Virus record (IMG/VR): IMGVR_UViG_3300027295_000004
DNA from: a virus
Lineage: Duplodnaviria > Heunggongvirae > Uroviricota > Caudoviricetes
Direction: 5' to 3' (one strand)
Length of the DNA: 64,000 nt
Shown: positions 27,708 to 38,109 of the stretch, piece after piece
Layout of the letters: each line of letters opens with the position of its first letter
Numbering within the stretch: the first letter of the stretch is position 1
Position numbers and translations under genes: made by a program
Notes under the pieces: model-generated
The model's database searches: none
What the model was told of the DNA's origin: nothing
The model's input: the letters and a program-made list of their open reading frames with translations, nothing else

Positions 27708-29241
27708 TAAATATTATAACAAAGGGGGCAAGGAGTATACCTTCAGGGTCATTTTATTGAATAAAAATGATTCAGAAACTATTGTCCATGAATTTAATCC
27801 TAATTTAATCGAAGAGCTTGTCATTGAGGATAATTTCTTTCAATGGTATTCTAACGGATATCTCGTGTATGCTAACCACGATGAAGTATTTGAAAGAGGC
27901 TCTGCCCCCGCCGATGGAAGAGGCAATCCTATTGATCCTGTATTCTTTTACAAATATCGTTTTGATTGCTACGACCAGCTTGTTGTTTCCATCAAGCCTA
28001 AAGATACTTCTGATGACTTTCTAATCGAGCATAAGTTTGTTGTGTATGATGTTGAAGACATTGCGTCTAATAACAATCAGCTCAAAGTTAAAAAATTGTA
28101 TTTCTGGGATCTCGAATATCAAATGATGCTTGATAAAAATTTAGCGTGGTCAAGTGGAATGCATTCTAAATTTACTGGAATGACTAAAGAGCAAAAGTTC
28201 AAATTGACCAATTATGAAAGATCTTTAAGAGCAGATGAAAATCTTGAATTGTTTTTAGAAGATCCAAATATATGTAACTTCGCAGGTCGTATTGATCGTG
28301 ATCTGTGGAGACAGACCAGTAAAGAACATCTATTCTTTTACACTTCTCCTAGTCAAAACTTTTTAGCAGATGATTTGGAGTATCTGATCAGTAATTCTGT
28401 AGGCGATGAAGATACAGATTTTTCTCCAATGATTTTTCGCAAAGAAGGTGTCTTGGGGTCTAAGCAAAATGGCAAATTTAGTTTCCTACCTTTGTCTGAA
28501 TATTACGAAAAAGCACAAACCGATTTCTTCATGGAGAACTTTTTCCTGCAATACAAAGGACACCAGGATAAACAAATGCTCACACTGAAGTCTCCTGATT
28601 ATTTTAATACCAAGTCATATACCGAAAGTGTGATCTTTAATTATCAATATTCACAATCTAGTGGTATTGATAACTCTCGTGCATATCTAATCAAGCCACA
28701 GCTGTATTACAGTCATGGGTCTGGTCAATTCAATTGGGATATTACGTGGAACACACCATCGGTTGCTAAAAAATATGTTGCTAGTAAAATGACTAAGCAT
28801 CTGAAGCAATTGGGTGACACCGAAACCAATACATTAGTGTTGCTTAACAAATATAAGAAGTCAAAATCATATACAGTAGAGCCTGAGTATAATATGAACC
28901 CTACCCGAAATGGCCGGCTTATTTCGGGTAGGAATAAGCTAGTAGAGTCGATGATTCAATTGAACGATAGTATTACGTTTACTGCAAGAGGTCTGACTTC
29001 GAGAGGATCTGGGCGATTTATTGGTATTGATTTAATGGCTGGATTTCCTAATATAGACTTTGATAATCGTTTGCTTGGACAATGGTTTGTGGTTAAAATT
29101 AGCCATATCTTTTTCAAGACTGGTTATATGAATGAGCTGACATGTGTCAAGACACACTCATATCAGAATTTAAAACCACTTGCACAAGATTTTGATCCTG
29201 ATGAATTAAATACAGAGGGTTGGCCAGAGCCTACGCCATAA
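27694..29241 (+). CDS. Baseplate hub protein (gp27-like)
   Basis: 'ELVIEDNFFQWYSNGYL' N-terminus and 'LLGQWFVVKISHIF...YMNELTCVK' C-terminus; precedes gp5. Confidence 0.6.
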   Translation: MPMDNKYYNKGGKEYTFRVILLNKNDSETIVHEFNPNLIEELVIEDNFFQWYSNGYLVYANHDEVFERGSAPADGRGNPIDPVFFYKYRFDCYDQLVVSIKPKDTSDDFLIEHKFVVYDVEDIASNNNQLKVKKLYFWDLEYQMMLDKNLAWSSGMHSKFTGMTKEQKFKLTNYERSLRADENLELFLEDPNICNFAGRIDRDLWRQTSKEHLFFYTSPSQNFLADDLEYLISNSVGDEDTDFSPMIFRKEGVLGSKQNGKFSFLPLSEYYEKAQTDFFMENFFLQYKGHQDKQMLTLKSPDYFNTKSYTESVIFNYQYSQSSGIDNSRAYLIKPQLYYSHGSGQFNWDITWNTPSVAKKYVASKMTKHLKQLGDTETNTLVLLNKYKKSKSYTVEPEYNMNPTRNGRLISGRNKLVESMIQLNDSITFTARGLTSRGSGRFIGIDLMAGFPNIDFDNRLLGQWFVVKISHIFFKTGYMNELTCVKTHSYQNLKPLAQDFDPDELNTEGWPEPTP

Positions 29242-29249
29242 TTAAATGT

Positions 29250-30221
29250 ATGGCATTTACGGTTGCATCCACATATGATGGCGAATATCTACAAGACGAA
29301 GAATTTTACGTCTATGTAAGCTCTGATCCTAATATCACACGTCAAGAAGCTCGAGTCATTGATGAGATACGATGGTTCCTACAGACACAAAATAGTATTG
29401 ATCTAATTGCATGCTATGACAAAAAGCTGCATACGGAAGAGGGCAATCCAGATGCAAACGAAAGATACTGCGAAAATGTGAGAGCCAATACAAGACCTTG
29501 CAAACTTATCTACCCAAAAATGTCGGCAGCACAGCTGCGTTACTTTGTACGCAAAATTGAGAACATTCATCCGGAGATAGCAAGCTTGGTGTCTGTCAAT
29601 GAAATGCATCAACCTATTTCCCCCTCTGTGGCAACCATTGCAATGTTCTCATCAGATGCGTCTTCTACTGAGTTACAAAATCAATCCAAGACTCATACTT
29701 TTACTACTCGGGAGCAATTCAATGGATTAGTATACGGCACAGATCCAACTATACCGGCAGTTATGCCCTTGAATGTAATCCAGCAACAATTACCACAGGT
29801 TAATGAGTGGGTCGATAAATTAAATGCTTCTGTTAATGCTTTGTTCATCGAGACTCTGCCAGAAAAAACATACGGCAAGGTTAAATCTTCTTATAATCCC
29901 GGTGACGCACATGGGTTGGTGTTGAACAACGATGCACTAAAAGCAACTCGAGTGTCTGCTGCTATAAGCAGTATTCTTAGTAATACTAAAAAACGATATA
30001 AAAATCGATTTAAGATGATGGATCATTTGACACCATTGGTATCTCGTATGGATCAAAGTAAAGTGACTCTTCTTTATAAATTCGATATTGAAGGAATTTT
30101 AACTGAAGTCGATCCTAATGGATCCAAAAAAGGAAGTAATTTGGTTAGCAATAAAATATTATACGCATATTTGGAGCGATTTAATGATGACAACGTAAGT
30201 GGTAAATATATTCAATCATAA
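29250..30221 (+). CDS. Hypothetical protein in the baseplate operon
   Basis: ~323 aa between the gp27-like and gp5-like genes; no motif recognised. Confidence 0.6.
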   Translation: MAFTVASTYDGEYLQDEEFYVYVSSDPNITRQEARVIDEIRWFLQTQNSIDLIACYDKKLHTEEGNPDANERYCENVRANTRPCKLIYPKMSAAQLRYFVRKIENIHPEIASLVSVNEMHQPISPSVATIAMFSSDASSTELQNQSKTHTFTTREQFNGLVYGTDPTIPAVMPLNVIQQQLPQVNEWVDKLNASVNALFIETLPEKTYGKVKSSYNPGDAHGLVLNNDALKATRVSAAISSILSNTKKRYKNRFKMMDHLTPLVSRMDQSKVTLLYKFDIEGILTEVDPNGSKKGSNLVSNKILYAYLERFNDDNVSGKYIQS

Positions 30222-32830
30222 TGAAAAAACAGTATATTAGAAACTATCTTGGAATAGTCGTACAAAACAATGACCCACTTAAAAGAGGTCGTGTTAAGGT
30301 ATGGGTTCCTCATGTTGATATGACTGTATATGATGGTTGGAATAATAGCCAGAAGAATAAGCAGTTTAATTTTGTTGGTAAAAATACTTTTACGGATCTC
30401 AATGCAAATATTATAGAACAATTAAGATTATTTTTACCGTGGGCTGAAATGGCCATGCCAGTAGTTGGTTCTGGTAATACATCTGGTGTCTACAATTCTG
30501 TGCTTGATCGTGGATCTATATCTGATAAATCTGAATATTTGTCAGAAGGATTAGATTTTGTTAGTGACCGAAGCGCTGAGGAACAAAATGATGCTCGCAA
30601 AGAAGTTGGTGAATGGAAAGACATCTTGCCGACAACACTTGACAACTTATCAAGAACGGACGGATTGCCTAAAACTAAAGGCAAATCATATCCGACGTTG
30701 GTAGATGACAAATATGTTCTTGGGAATAAGCCTGCCAAGTTATACCAAGACAAACCCATTTTCGATGCCTTTGCAACGAGTGGTCCTACTCAATTAAATC
30801 GATATACAAATCCTTATAGCAATTCGTATAGACCGATGCCATATTCCAATACTGCTGCTGGGTCGTTTGCCATTCCTAATGTGGGTGCTCACGTATGGGT
30901 TTTCTTTGAAAATGGCGATCCTATGAAGCCGGTGATCTTTGCTGTATCATATGGTCAAGAAGACTGGAAGGGCATATATGATAGTCATAACGATACTACT
31001 TCTGTCGGTGCGTCACCTGATTATCCTGGTAAATTTGAGAATGGAATAGGCAGAGAGGATAAAGAATACGCAGCAAGCAAGGATGATATGATTTATCGAA
31101 GCAAGTACTCTTTAGTGCAAAGAGGAGGTGCACTGACATTCGTCAATACAGTTGAACGAGAGATCCTCAATTTAACGCATTTTAGCGGTTCATATAAAGA
31201 ATTCAATAACTACACTACTGTTGAGTTTGCTGCGAATAACGATCAGCGTCTTGTGTTAAATGACGCGTTCTATACAGTCAATGGCCATCGCTCTGAGTAT
31301 GTCGGTGGTGATTACGATTTAATTATCAAAGGAGCTTATAGGGTTACGTTTGGTGATCCCAAAAATCACAAAGCCCCTGCTGCGTCTATCAAGAGATTGA
31401 TGGAAGAATTCCATAAAAAGTATAATCTCCCTTTTGAAATACAGCGTTCAATTATTGATAGTGCCGGAGGGCAATCCGGCACATTTGCTGCATGTCCTAC
31501 TTGTAATCTAGCAGCATACGCAGCTCTTGAAAATGTTGCAGATGAAGTGGCCCAATCGATGTTCGATATCAAGTGTCCAACAGAGACTAGCCTAAAATCA
31601 TTTCCAAAAGGATATGGCGTTGCTACTATACCAACAGAGATCTGTTTAACTTGTGGTGGTACGGGCAAGAGCCCTTCGACACAAGATGGTTCATGGGCAA
31701 GAAATTCTGATAAAGCAGATATGACGAGTGCGTTAGTTTCGCTCCAGACCCAAATGTATCCATATGAAGAGCAATTAGGAAATACTGCAGACGCCGTTAT
31801 CAACTATGGAAAGAATCATGCTGTTGTCGTTGGTTCTGAGATGCATGATTTCCAATCATATCGAGTAGATCCTATTGGTAAGTTATCTCCGGCTGGTGTC
31901 AAAATTTCCCCTGGCACTGCTTACCAAAGATTAGCAGCTACTCCATTGGTAGAAAAAGTTCATGTAGATGCGCCTCCTACTGGATCATTCAATTTAACCT
32001 GTGGCTATAAATGTTCCATGCTTGTGGGATCTGGTGGTGTTTCCATTAAGACTACAGGTGCTGTCGATATCGGTGGTTCTGTCACAACTATAACCGGCAA
32101 GCAATTGGTTCTGTCTTCTGATAATGAAGTATATGTTGATGGTGGACGCCGCGCACATATTACTGCAGACAACATTAGCCTGGTTCCTAAAGGCAAAGAT
32201 GGTGTTGCTGCTGTTTATGTGGGTGGGAACTTAGAGGTAGATAAAAATATCATCACCAAAGGTGGTGCGTACGTAGAAGGTGAATTATATGTCCAACACA
32301 TTAGTGCTCCTATCGAATATCAATCGACTGAAACAGAGGTGACCGCTGCACATATTGTTCCTGAAATTGAAATTGGTTACATTCGAAAGGGTACAAAATT
32401 TGGTTATGATCTATTTGGTGTAGAGATTGTTACTGAAGAAGATATTCCTATCTATGGTAAAACCTCAGAAGAACCTCAAGTCTACACAAGACCTCACTTC
32501 CACTTATTCAAAAACGTACCATTGCAGCTTTATGGTACTAGCGCAGAGATGAGAACAGATGCAGTTGGAATGAATGCTTCCCAAGCAAAGCTAGCTAAAC
32601 CTGCAGCGTATGTTCCTGACATTACCAAAAAGTTCAAAGGGGTTGATTTTAGTTCTTTGACTGTAGGAGATCCAGTTCTATCCACAGCAAACTCTGATGT
32701 GTCACTTGATGCTGTACTATCGCTTGGTGATATCGTTGCACCCGATATCGTTATGGAGTCTGTAGAAAAATTACCACTATGTCCTGCTGAACACGATCTC
32801 AAGACTGGATTGACTCCAGTAATGGATTAA
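30221..32830 (+). CDS. gp5: Baseplate central spike (gp5/VgrG-like OB fold plus beta-helix), no lysozyme domain recognised
   Basis: 'YLGIVVQNNDPLKRGRVKVWVP', 'IPNVGAHVWVFFENGDPMKPV', beta-helix repeats, CPTC/CLTC pairs, 'PHFH'. Confidence 0.85.
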   Translation: MKKQYIRNYLGIVVQNNDPLKRGRVKVWVPHVDMTVYDGWNNSQKNKQFNFVGKNTFTDLNANIIEQLRLFLPWAEMAMPVVGSGNTSGVYNSVLDRGSISDKSEYLSEGLDFVSDRSAEEQNDARKEVGEWKDILPTTLDNLSRTDGLPKTKGKSYPTLVDDKYVLGNKPAKLYQDKPIFDAFATSGPTQLNRYTNPYSNSYRPMPYSNTAAGSFAIPNVGAHVWVFFENGDPMKPVIFAVSYGQEDWKGIYDSHNDTTSVGASPDYPGKFENGIGREDKEYAASKDDMIYRSKYSLVQRGGALTFVNTVEREILNLTHFSGSYKEFNNYTTVEFAANNDQRLVLNDAFYTVNGHRSEYVGGDYDLIIKGAYRVTFGDPKNHKAPAASIKRLMEEFHKKYNLPFEIQRSIIDSAGGQSGTFAACPTCNLAAYAALENVADEVAQSMFDIKCPTETSLKSFPKGYGVATIPTEICLTCGGTGKSPSTQDGSWARNSDKADMTSALVSLQTQMYPYEEQLGNTADAVINYGKNHAVVVGSEMHDFQSYRVDPIGKLSPAGVKISPGTAYQRLAATPLVEKVHVDAPPTGSFNLTCGYKCSMLVGSGGVSIKTTGAVDIGGSVTTITGKQLVLSSDNEVYVDGGRRAHITADNISLVPKGKDGVAAVYVGGNLEVDKNIITKGGAYVEGELYVQHISAPIEYQSTETEVTAAHIVPEIEIGYIRKGTKFGYDLFGVEIVTEEDIPIYGKTSEEPQVYTRPHFHLFKNVPLQLYGTSAEMRTDAVGMNASQAKLAKPAAYVPDITKKFKGVDFSSLTVGDPVLSTANSDVSLDAVLSLGDIVAPDIVMESVEKLPLCPAEHDLKTGLTPVMD

Positions 32831-33141
32831 TCGAGGTAACTATTCAGAATACCTTCAATGGTTCTATAATTGGAATCACTAAAAGGTTCTTCTGCCAAAC
32901 GAGATAGTGTAGCCTTGTCTGTTTCTGATACATGTGTAGGATCAAATAAAAGACCCATTGCTGCTACTTGCAAAGCATTGTATACTCCTCTCTTTTCTTG
33001 ATCTGCTGTGTCTGGAGGTAATTCAACTCCTTGTGTTGTTCCAGGAGGCATTCCAGGCAATGCAGTGTCTTCCTGTTCTGCGTAAATCTTGTTTACATTT
33101 TCAATGCAAAGTTGTCTTAGAGTTTTGTAGAAAGTAGACAT
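32827..33141 (-). CDS. Hypothetical protein
   Basis: 104 aa, convergent with gp5. Confidence 0.55.
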   Translation of the reverse strand: MSTFYKTLRQLCIENVNKIYAEQEDTALPGMPPGTTQGVELPPDTADQEKRGVYNALQVAAMGLLFDPTHVSETDKATLSRLAEEPFSDSNYRTIEGILNSYLD

Positions 33142-33145
33142 GATG

Positions 33146-33370
33146 TTATATTGGTGTGCTGCTTAGCTTCTGTTTAACAATTTCTGCTTTCTTTTTAGCA
33201 TCTGCTGCTTCTAGTTCCTTTTGTTTTACCTTTGCATCGGCTGCTGCTGCTTCGAGCTCTGAAGCTTTTTTCTTCGCAGACGTCACTTCTGGGGATTCAA
33301 GTGCGGAACCTAGTTCTTCATTAAGGGTATTTAAAATTTCCTCTATAAGAGAATTGAATTTGAAACTCAT
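33146..33370 (-). CDS. Small late coiled-coil protein (Ala/Lys/Glu-rich)
   Basis: TAAATA 5 nt upstream; 'AKKKASELEAAAADAKVKQKELEAADAKKK'. Confidence 0.65.
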   Translation of the reverse strand: MSFKFNSLIEEILNTLNEELGSALESPEVTSAKKKASELEAAAADAKVKQKELEAADAKKKAEIVKQKLSSTPI

Positions 33371-33536
33371 AAAAATATTTATCCAAATTGAGCAGAGTAT
33401 GCCTTAAATGCTTTGAAATCTTTTTTGGCTCTCTTTTCTTTGTCTCTTTTTTAAATCCTATTTTTCAATTTAATCCAGATAAGCACTTATCCATTAGCTA
33501 TTTCTAACTACGCAAGCGCGTTTTTAAATGCAAGGT

Positions 33537-33564
33537 AATTTTAAAAAATAAATTTTAAAAAATA
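33537..33564. repeat. 14-bp tandem repeat (AATTTTAAAAAATA x2) in the largest non-coding gap
   Basis: Read directly from the sequence. Confidence 0.7.
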
Positions 33565-33618
33565 AAAATAATTGCAAAGAGAGCACAATTTCACAAACTT
33601 TTAATGAATACTTCATTA

Positions 33619-34149
33619 TTATTTACTAAATGATGTGGACAGGGAACATCTCACACTCAAATTGTCGTTCACCTTTCGCTTTAGGCCAGAAAGGGAAAGA
33701 CTATCAAAAAATTCAATTAATATTTTGAAATTAAATTTTTTATTGATTTGGAGTCGCTCAATAATTTCCCCTGGAATATCATTTAAAGATATTTCTCCTT
33801 CATACGCAATATACTTGGTCTTAAAAATTTTCTGTAATGCCTTCTTTAATTGGTCAAGACATTTGTCGGCTTTGGAATCACCTATGATATTAGCAATGCT
33901 TTCATTATTGAAAGGCCCATTATCCACGATCAATGTTGTGGTACTAGTTTTTAATAAATCTATGATAGTTTCAAAGCAGCAATGAAGAACAATCTTTTTA
34001 ATATCACCTTGAAGACTTTTTTCATTAATCCCATAGTCGTCTAAAAAATTAAGTATTTTGTTCTGGCTTTTGCAGACTAGCTCCTTGACTGTTATTATCT
34101 GAAGTCCTCGATATAAGCCGTAGGAGGGTTTCGAATTCAATGCATGCAT
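33619..34149 (-). CDS. Hypothetical protein (start uncertain)
   Basis: 176 aa ORF overlapping the resolvase 3' end by ~100 nt. Confidence 0.5.
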   Translation of the reverse strand: MHALNSKPSYGLYRGLQIITVKELVCKSQNKILNFLDDYGINEKSLQGDIKKIVLHCCFETIIDLLKTSTTTLIVDNGPFNNESIANIIGDSKADKCLDQLKKALQKIFKTKYIAYEGEISLNDIPGEIIERLQINKKFNFKILIEFFDSLSLSGLKRKVNDNLSVRCSLSTSFSK

Positions 34150-34453
34150 AGGGTTTTGTATGGTTTCGCTTGAATACTAATAGCGGAATGCGGTCTTTAT
34201 TGCAATTGGTTTCGCATTGTTTAATGGAAGCCCATACATTCATCTTCTCTTGATTTTTGCATTCAATGTCAAACGGAATCAATTTCCTTGCTGCTGGAGA
34301 CATTTTGATGTCTGTTCCACTCTCACCCATGATCGCACATTTAATGTCATCATCTTCAAGCTCTTTATGTATCGCGCGGAATGAATCGCGAACATAATCT
34401 TGCAAGCGCCGGCCTTTTGCTTTCGCAGCACTAGTTGAAATCTTCTTTGGCAT
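34049..34453 (-). CDS. Holliday junction resolvase (PD-(D/E)xK, Hjc-like)
   Basis: 'AKAKGRRLQ', 'MGESGTDI', 'FDIECKNQEKMNVW', 'PLLVFKRN'. Confidence 0.85.
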   Translation of the reverse strand: MPKKISTSAAKAKGRRLQDYVRDSFRAIHKELEDDDIKCAIMGESGTDIKMSPAARKLIPFDIECKNQEKMNVWASIKQCETNCNKDRIPLLVFKRNHTKPYACIEFETLLRLISRTSDNNSQGASLQKPEQNT

Positions 34454-34463
34454 ACCCAAAGAC

Positions 34464-34670
34464 TTACATCTTTTTAGGTTCTAATACACCCTTAATTTTC
34501 TGGCGTCGGAACATTTTACCCTTAAAGAGTGCTTTTGGCATTCTCGCATCGCCTGGTGCATAATCACCTTTAACACCAACACCCGCAGTTGAAGTTGTAT
34601 TGCCATCTTCGCTAATAATATTTGCATTTGCGATGATAGTGTTGTATACTAAATAGAATTTCGATCCCAC
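34464..34670 (-). CDS. Small late protein (GTG start)
   Basis: GTG lies exactly 5 nt after TAAGTA; 'GDYAPGDARMPK' motif; the longer ORF-track version overlaps uvsY. Confidence 0.5.
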   Translation of the reverse strand: MGSKFYLVYNTIIANANIISEDGNTTSTAGVGVKGDYAPGDARMPKALFKGKMFRRQKIKGVLEPKKM

Positions 34671-34680
34671 GTTTATACTT

Positions 34681-35076
34681 ATGGATATTATTGCAAAATA
34701 TGATGAAGAAATAGCAAGAGATGCACACGTTGATGAACTCAACGTCAAAGATGTCGCAATGAGGTTGCCGGCAATTAAACACAAATGGGTATCAAGACTC
34801 ATTGCTCATAAGAGAAGCTTATATCAATTAGAGCAGCAAAAAGAACAATTAGTAGAAGCAGCGTTAAAGCGTATGAAAGAAAAGACTGACATACAGCTAA
34901 GCAATAATGCAATGAAAACCAAAATAGATTCGTCGCCTCAAATGAAACAGATTAACGACGATATCGCAGACCAAAAAAGCATAATCGACTACCTTGAGCA
35001 TGTTGAATCTATTTTCCGCTATATGACTAACGACATCAAAAATGTTACAGAGATAATGAAACTTGAACTCACCTAA
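34681..35076 (+). CDS. uvsY: Recombination mediator UvsY
   Basis: Helical 131 aa protein 'DAHVDELNV...LPAIKHKW...YLE.V..I..M...IKN..E.MK' directly upstream of UvsW, as in T4. Confidence 0.75.
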   Translation: MDIIAKYDEEIARDAHVDELNVKDVAMRLPAIKHKWVSRLIAHKRSLYQLEQQKEQLVEAALKRMKEKTDIQLSNNAMKTKIDSSPQMKQINDDIADQKSIIDYLEHVESIFRYMTNDIKNVTEIMKLELT

Positions 35077-36545
35077 TGGCTTATTTGAATTTTACATTCC
35101 AAAAGAATAACAAAGCAGTATTGCACTCGGATGCCTTTGATATTATAAGAGAACAACTATCGGTTGAGACTGAATTGTTTCTTCGACGTGGTGGCAAATT
35201 TCAAAGAAAGAAAACAAGAACGTATGCAATAACCTCAGCAGGAGTCGTTGATATCGGACTAGTTCCTGAACTAGTTAAATTGGCTTCTCAGTTGGGATTC
35301 CCTGTTAGTGTATCTCTAGATGATAAAGTAAAGAGCATTCTTAAACCTTCATTTAAATTTGAAGAAAATAAACAAGCATTAGCATTTGATCAATTCGAAC
35401 TGAGACCATATCAAAAAGAATCTGTTGAATTGGCGGTACCAAGAGGACGAGGAATTATTGTCTTGCCGACTGCCACAGGAAAGACTTTAACAATGGCATC
35501 GTTAATCAAGACGATACTGAATGAAAATCCTCTAGATGGCAAGCATATTCTAATATTAGTACCAGATATTGGGTTAGTCAATCAAACACATGCAGACTTT
35601 CTTAAATACGGTTTGGAGTATTCATGCAGCAAATGGTCTGGTAGTTTTGAATTTGATTCAACAAGCAAGGTCATAGTTTGCAATCAAGCAATTCTTCGTT
35701 CTGAAAGCCAACAAGAGATAGTGCAGTACCTGAAAAAGAATACAGGCTTGATCATCGTTGATGAAGTGCATACGTTAAAAAAAGATAATGCATCCACGAA
35801 GATCATCGATGAATTTGAGACTATACACAGATATGGCTTTACTGGGACACTACCTGATGCACAGCTAGACTATTGGACATTACTTGGTAAAATAGGTCCT
35901 GTGCTATCTAAAGTCGAAGCACACGAAATGAGAAGCGATGAATGGATTGCCGATGTGATCGCTAAGATCATTTTCATTAAGCACCAAAATCCACCTCATA
36001 TCGTCGTAGATATTAAAGAACCAAACAAAGCATATCTTGAAGAAACTGAATGGCTAATCCAAAACCATTTCAGAAATACATTGATGTGTAACTTTGCAAA
36101 CAAGCTAAAGAAAAATAGCTTGTTGCTTGTCAATCGCAAAGAGCATGGTAGACAAATGTTAGAGATAGCAAAGTCTTTAGATGTTAATAACGAGAAAGAA
36201 ATTTACTTCATTGAAGGTGAAGTCGATGTCGAAGAAAGAGAAAAGGTGCAAAAGATGATGGAAGAGAAAGACAACATAATTTGCATTGCAATGTCGTCTA
36301 TTTTTAGCACAGGGATCAGTATCAATAACTTACATTATGTATTTTTCTGCTCCGGAGGTAAATCAAGAATTCGCATCATTCAATCGATTGGTAGAGGTAG
36401 TCGTTTACATCATAGCAAAGAAAAAATGATTTTATTTGATTTTGCAGACAATACCCGCTATAGTTTTAAACATCTGCAACAGAGAATATCCCTCTATAAG
36501 CAGGAAAAAATTAGCCATGAAAAAATTGAAATCAAAGAAGTCTGA
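35076..36545 (+). CDS. uvsW: SF2 DNA helicase UvsW
   Basis: 'LRPYQ', 'LPTATGKT', 'VDEVH', 'GFTGT', 'STGISI', 'IQSIGRGSR'. Confidence 0.95.
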   Translation: MAYLNFTFQKNNKAVLHSDAFDIIREQLSVETELFLRRGGKFQRKKTRTYAITSAGVVDIGLVPELVKLASQLGFPVSVSLDDKVKSILKPSFKFEENKQALAFDQFELRPYQKESVELAVPRGRGIIVLPTATGKTLTMASLIKTILNENPLDGKHILILVPDIGLVNQTHADFLKYGLEYSCSKWSGSFEFDSTSKVIVCNQAILRSESQQEIVQYLKKNTGLIIVDEVHTLKKDNASTKIIDEFETIHRYGFTGTLPDAQLDYWTLLGKIGPVLSKVEAHEMRSDEWIADVIAKIIFIKHQNPPHIVVDIKEPNKAYLEETEWLIQNHFRNTLMCNFANKLKKNSLLLVNRKEHGRQMLEIAKSLDVNNEKEIYFIEGEVDVEEREKVQKMMEEKDNIICIAMSSIFSTGISINNLHYVFFCSGGKSRIRIIQSIGRGSRLHHSKEKMILFDFADNTRYSFKHLQQRISLYKQEKISHEKIEIKEV

Positions 36546-37071
36546 AGATGAAACATCAGAGAAGAAACCAGCAAAAAAGAACAAAGAGTTCTACGTAAAA
36601 CCGGAAGAGTTTCATGATGCAATCTTGGCGTACTACCAAGACGAAACAAATGAGATTCCGCATATCCTTGGCGATATGGTTCAAAAGATTGCTACTAAAA
36701 TTGGGTTTCTTCCCAACTTCAAAGACTATTCATATAAAGAAGAAATGATTGGCGATGCTGTTGTTCGAATGATATCAGCTCTCTCAAAAAAGAAATATGA
36801 TATCAAAATTGGTAACCCATTTTCATACTTCACCAAGATTGCTATCAATACTTTTATTGGCAGAATTAAAAAAGAGAAACAAAATCAAAATACGCTCAAG
36901 GCATACCGCGAAGAACAGTTTGCAAATTTGGCAAACGATGAAGCTTGGTATCAAACACGACGCCAGCGGATTGCAGAATCGGATAGCAATGAATTCTATT
37001 ACGAGAATGATACGGCTAGCTTTTACGATGATAGCAAAGACACTAGACTAGAGAATGATGATGAAATTTAA
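36517..37071 (+). CDS. gp55: Late-transcription sigma factor (T4 gp55-like)
   Basis: 'YVKPEEF', 'PNFKDYSYKEEMIGDAV', 'NPFSYFTKIAINTF..RIKKEK'. Confidence 0.92.
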   Translation: MKKLKSKKSEDETSEKKPAKKNKEFYVKPEEFHDAILAYYQDETNEIPHILGDMVQKIATKIGFLPNFKDYSYKEEMIGDAVVRMISALSKKKYDIKIGNPFSYFTKIAINTFIGRIKKEKQNQNTLKAYREEQFANLANDEAWYQTRRQRIAESDSNEFYYENDTASFYDDSKDTRLENDDEI

Positions 37072-38098
37072 TTCTGATCGGATCGGTGTCATTGCAGATT
37101 TGCATTTAGGTGTTTATCGAGACAGCACTTTATGGCATACATTGGCATTAGAATTTGCCAGATGGATGTCCAAGACGTATAAGCTTCTAGATATCAAAGA
37201 CATTGTTATTAGCGGTGATATCTTTCACAATAGAAAAGAAGTGTGTGTCAATACAATGCACACCGCATCTGAATTTTTCAAGATTCTTGAAGATTTTAAT
37301 ATTATCCTAGTTACAGGGAATCATGATGCATTTTATCGGGATCGGTCTGATGTCAACTCATTGAATATCCTCACCGGGTGGCAGAATATCCATGTCGTAT
37401 CGGAAGCCACATCTATCACACACAACGACAAAAAAATAACATTTGTCCCATGGGCTACCAATATGGATACGGTAGACAAGTGTGACATCATGTTCGGCCA
37501 TTTTGAAATAACTAGCTTTACCATATCCGAAGGACAAGTGTGTGAACATGGTGAGTCTGCTTCTAAACTTTTGTCATTATGTCCTCTTGTATTAACAGGT
37601 CATTTTCACATGGCTGATATGAGGAAGTATGATAACGGACGCATCATATACGTGGGATCTCCAATGGAATTGAGCTGGGGAGAGGCATACACACCAAAGT
37701 ATATTTGGGTGCTTGATATCAATGAAAGCAAAGCAAGAGCGATAGAAAATAAAATATCACCAAAGCATCTGAAATTTAAAAGTTCGGCTATACGCGAGAA
37801 TGTTGCTGAATATCGCTCAGCGATAGCAAATAACTTCATTCGTATACAGATAGATGAAGAACTTTCTGTTTCAGATATTGAGTTGATGCAATCGCAAATA
37901 TCAGCACTGAAACCTATTGAATTGAATTTTGAGTATCAATCATCTGGAACTATTACGCTCGATGATATCGATGAAGATTTTGATCCTATTGATATTGAAA
38001 AGACCTTCAAAGAAATAGTTGATAAGCTATCAGAGGAAGCACCAAAGAAACAAAGAATACTTCAAACACTAGTTGAAATATATAGACAAGTTAGTTAA
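37055..38098 (+). CDS. gp47: Mre11/SbcD-like recombination nuclease (T4 gp47)
   Basis: 'ADLHLG', 'GDIFH', 'GNHD', 'FGHFE', 'TGHFH', 'YVGSP'. Confidence 0.93.
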   Translation: MMMKFNSDRIGVIADLHLGVYRDSTLWHTLALEFARWMSKTYKLLDIKDIVISGDIFHNRKEVCVNTMHTASEFFKILEDFNIILVTGNHDAFYRDRSDVNSLNILTGWQNIHVVSEATSITHNDKKITFVPWATNMDTVDKCDIMFGHFEITSFTISEGQVCEHGESASKLLSLCPLVLTGHFHMADMRKYDNGRIIYVGSPMELSWGEAYTPKYIWVLDINESKARAIENKISPKHLKFKSSAIRENVAEYRSAIANNFIRIQIDEELSVSDIELMQSQISALKPIELNFEYQSSGTITLDDIDEDFDPIDIEKTFKEIVDKLSEEAPKKQRILQTLVEIYRQVS

Positions 38099-38109
38099 TT
38101 TTACAAAAC

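Noticed and set aside
34671-34802. Long version (112 aa) of the minus-strand ORF ending at 34464
   Set aside because: Overlaps uvsY antisense; the GTG at 34670, 5 nt after TAAGTA, is the better start
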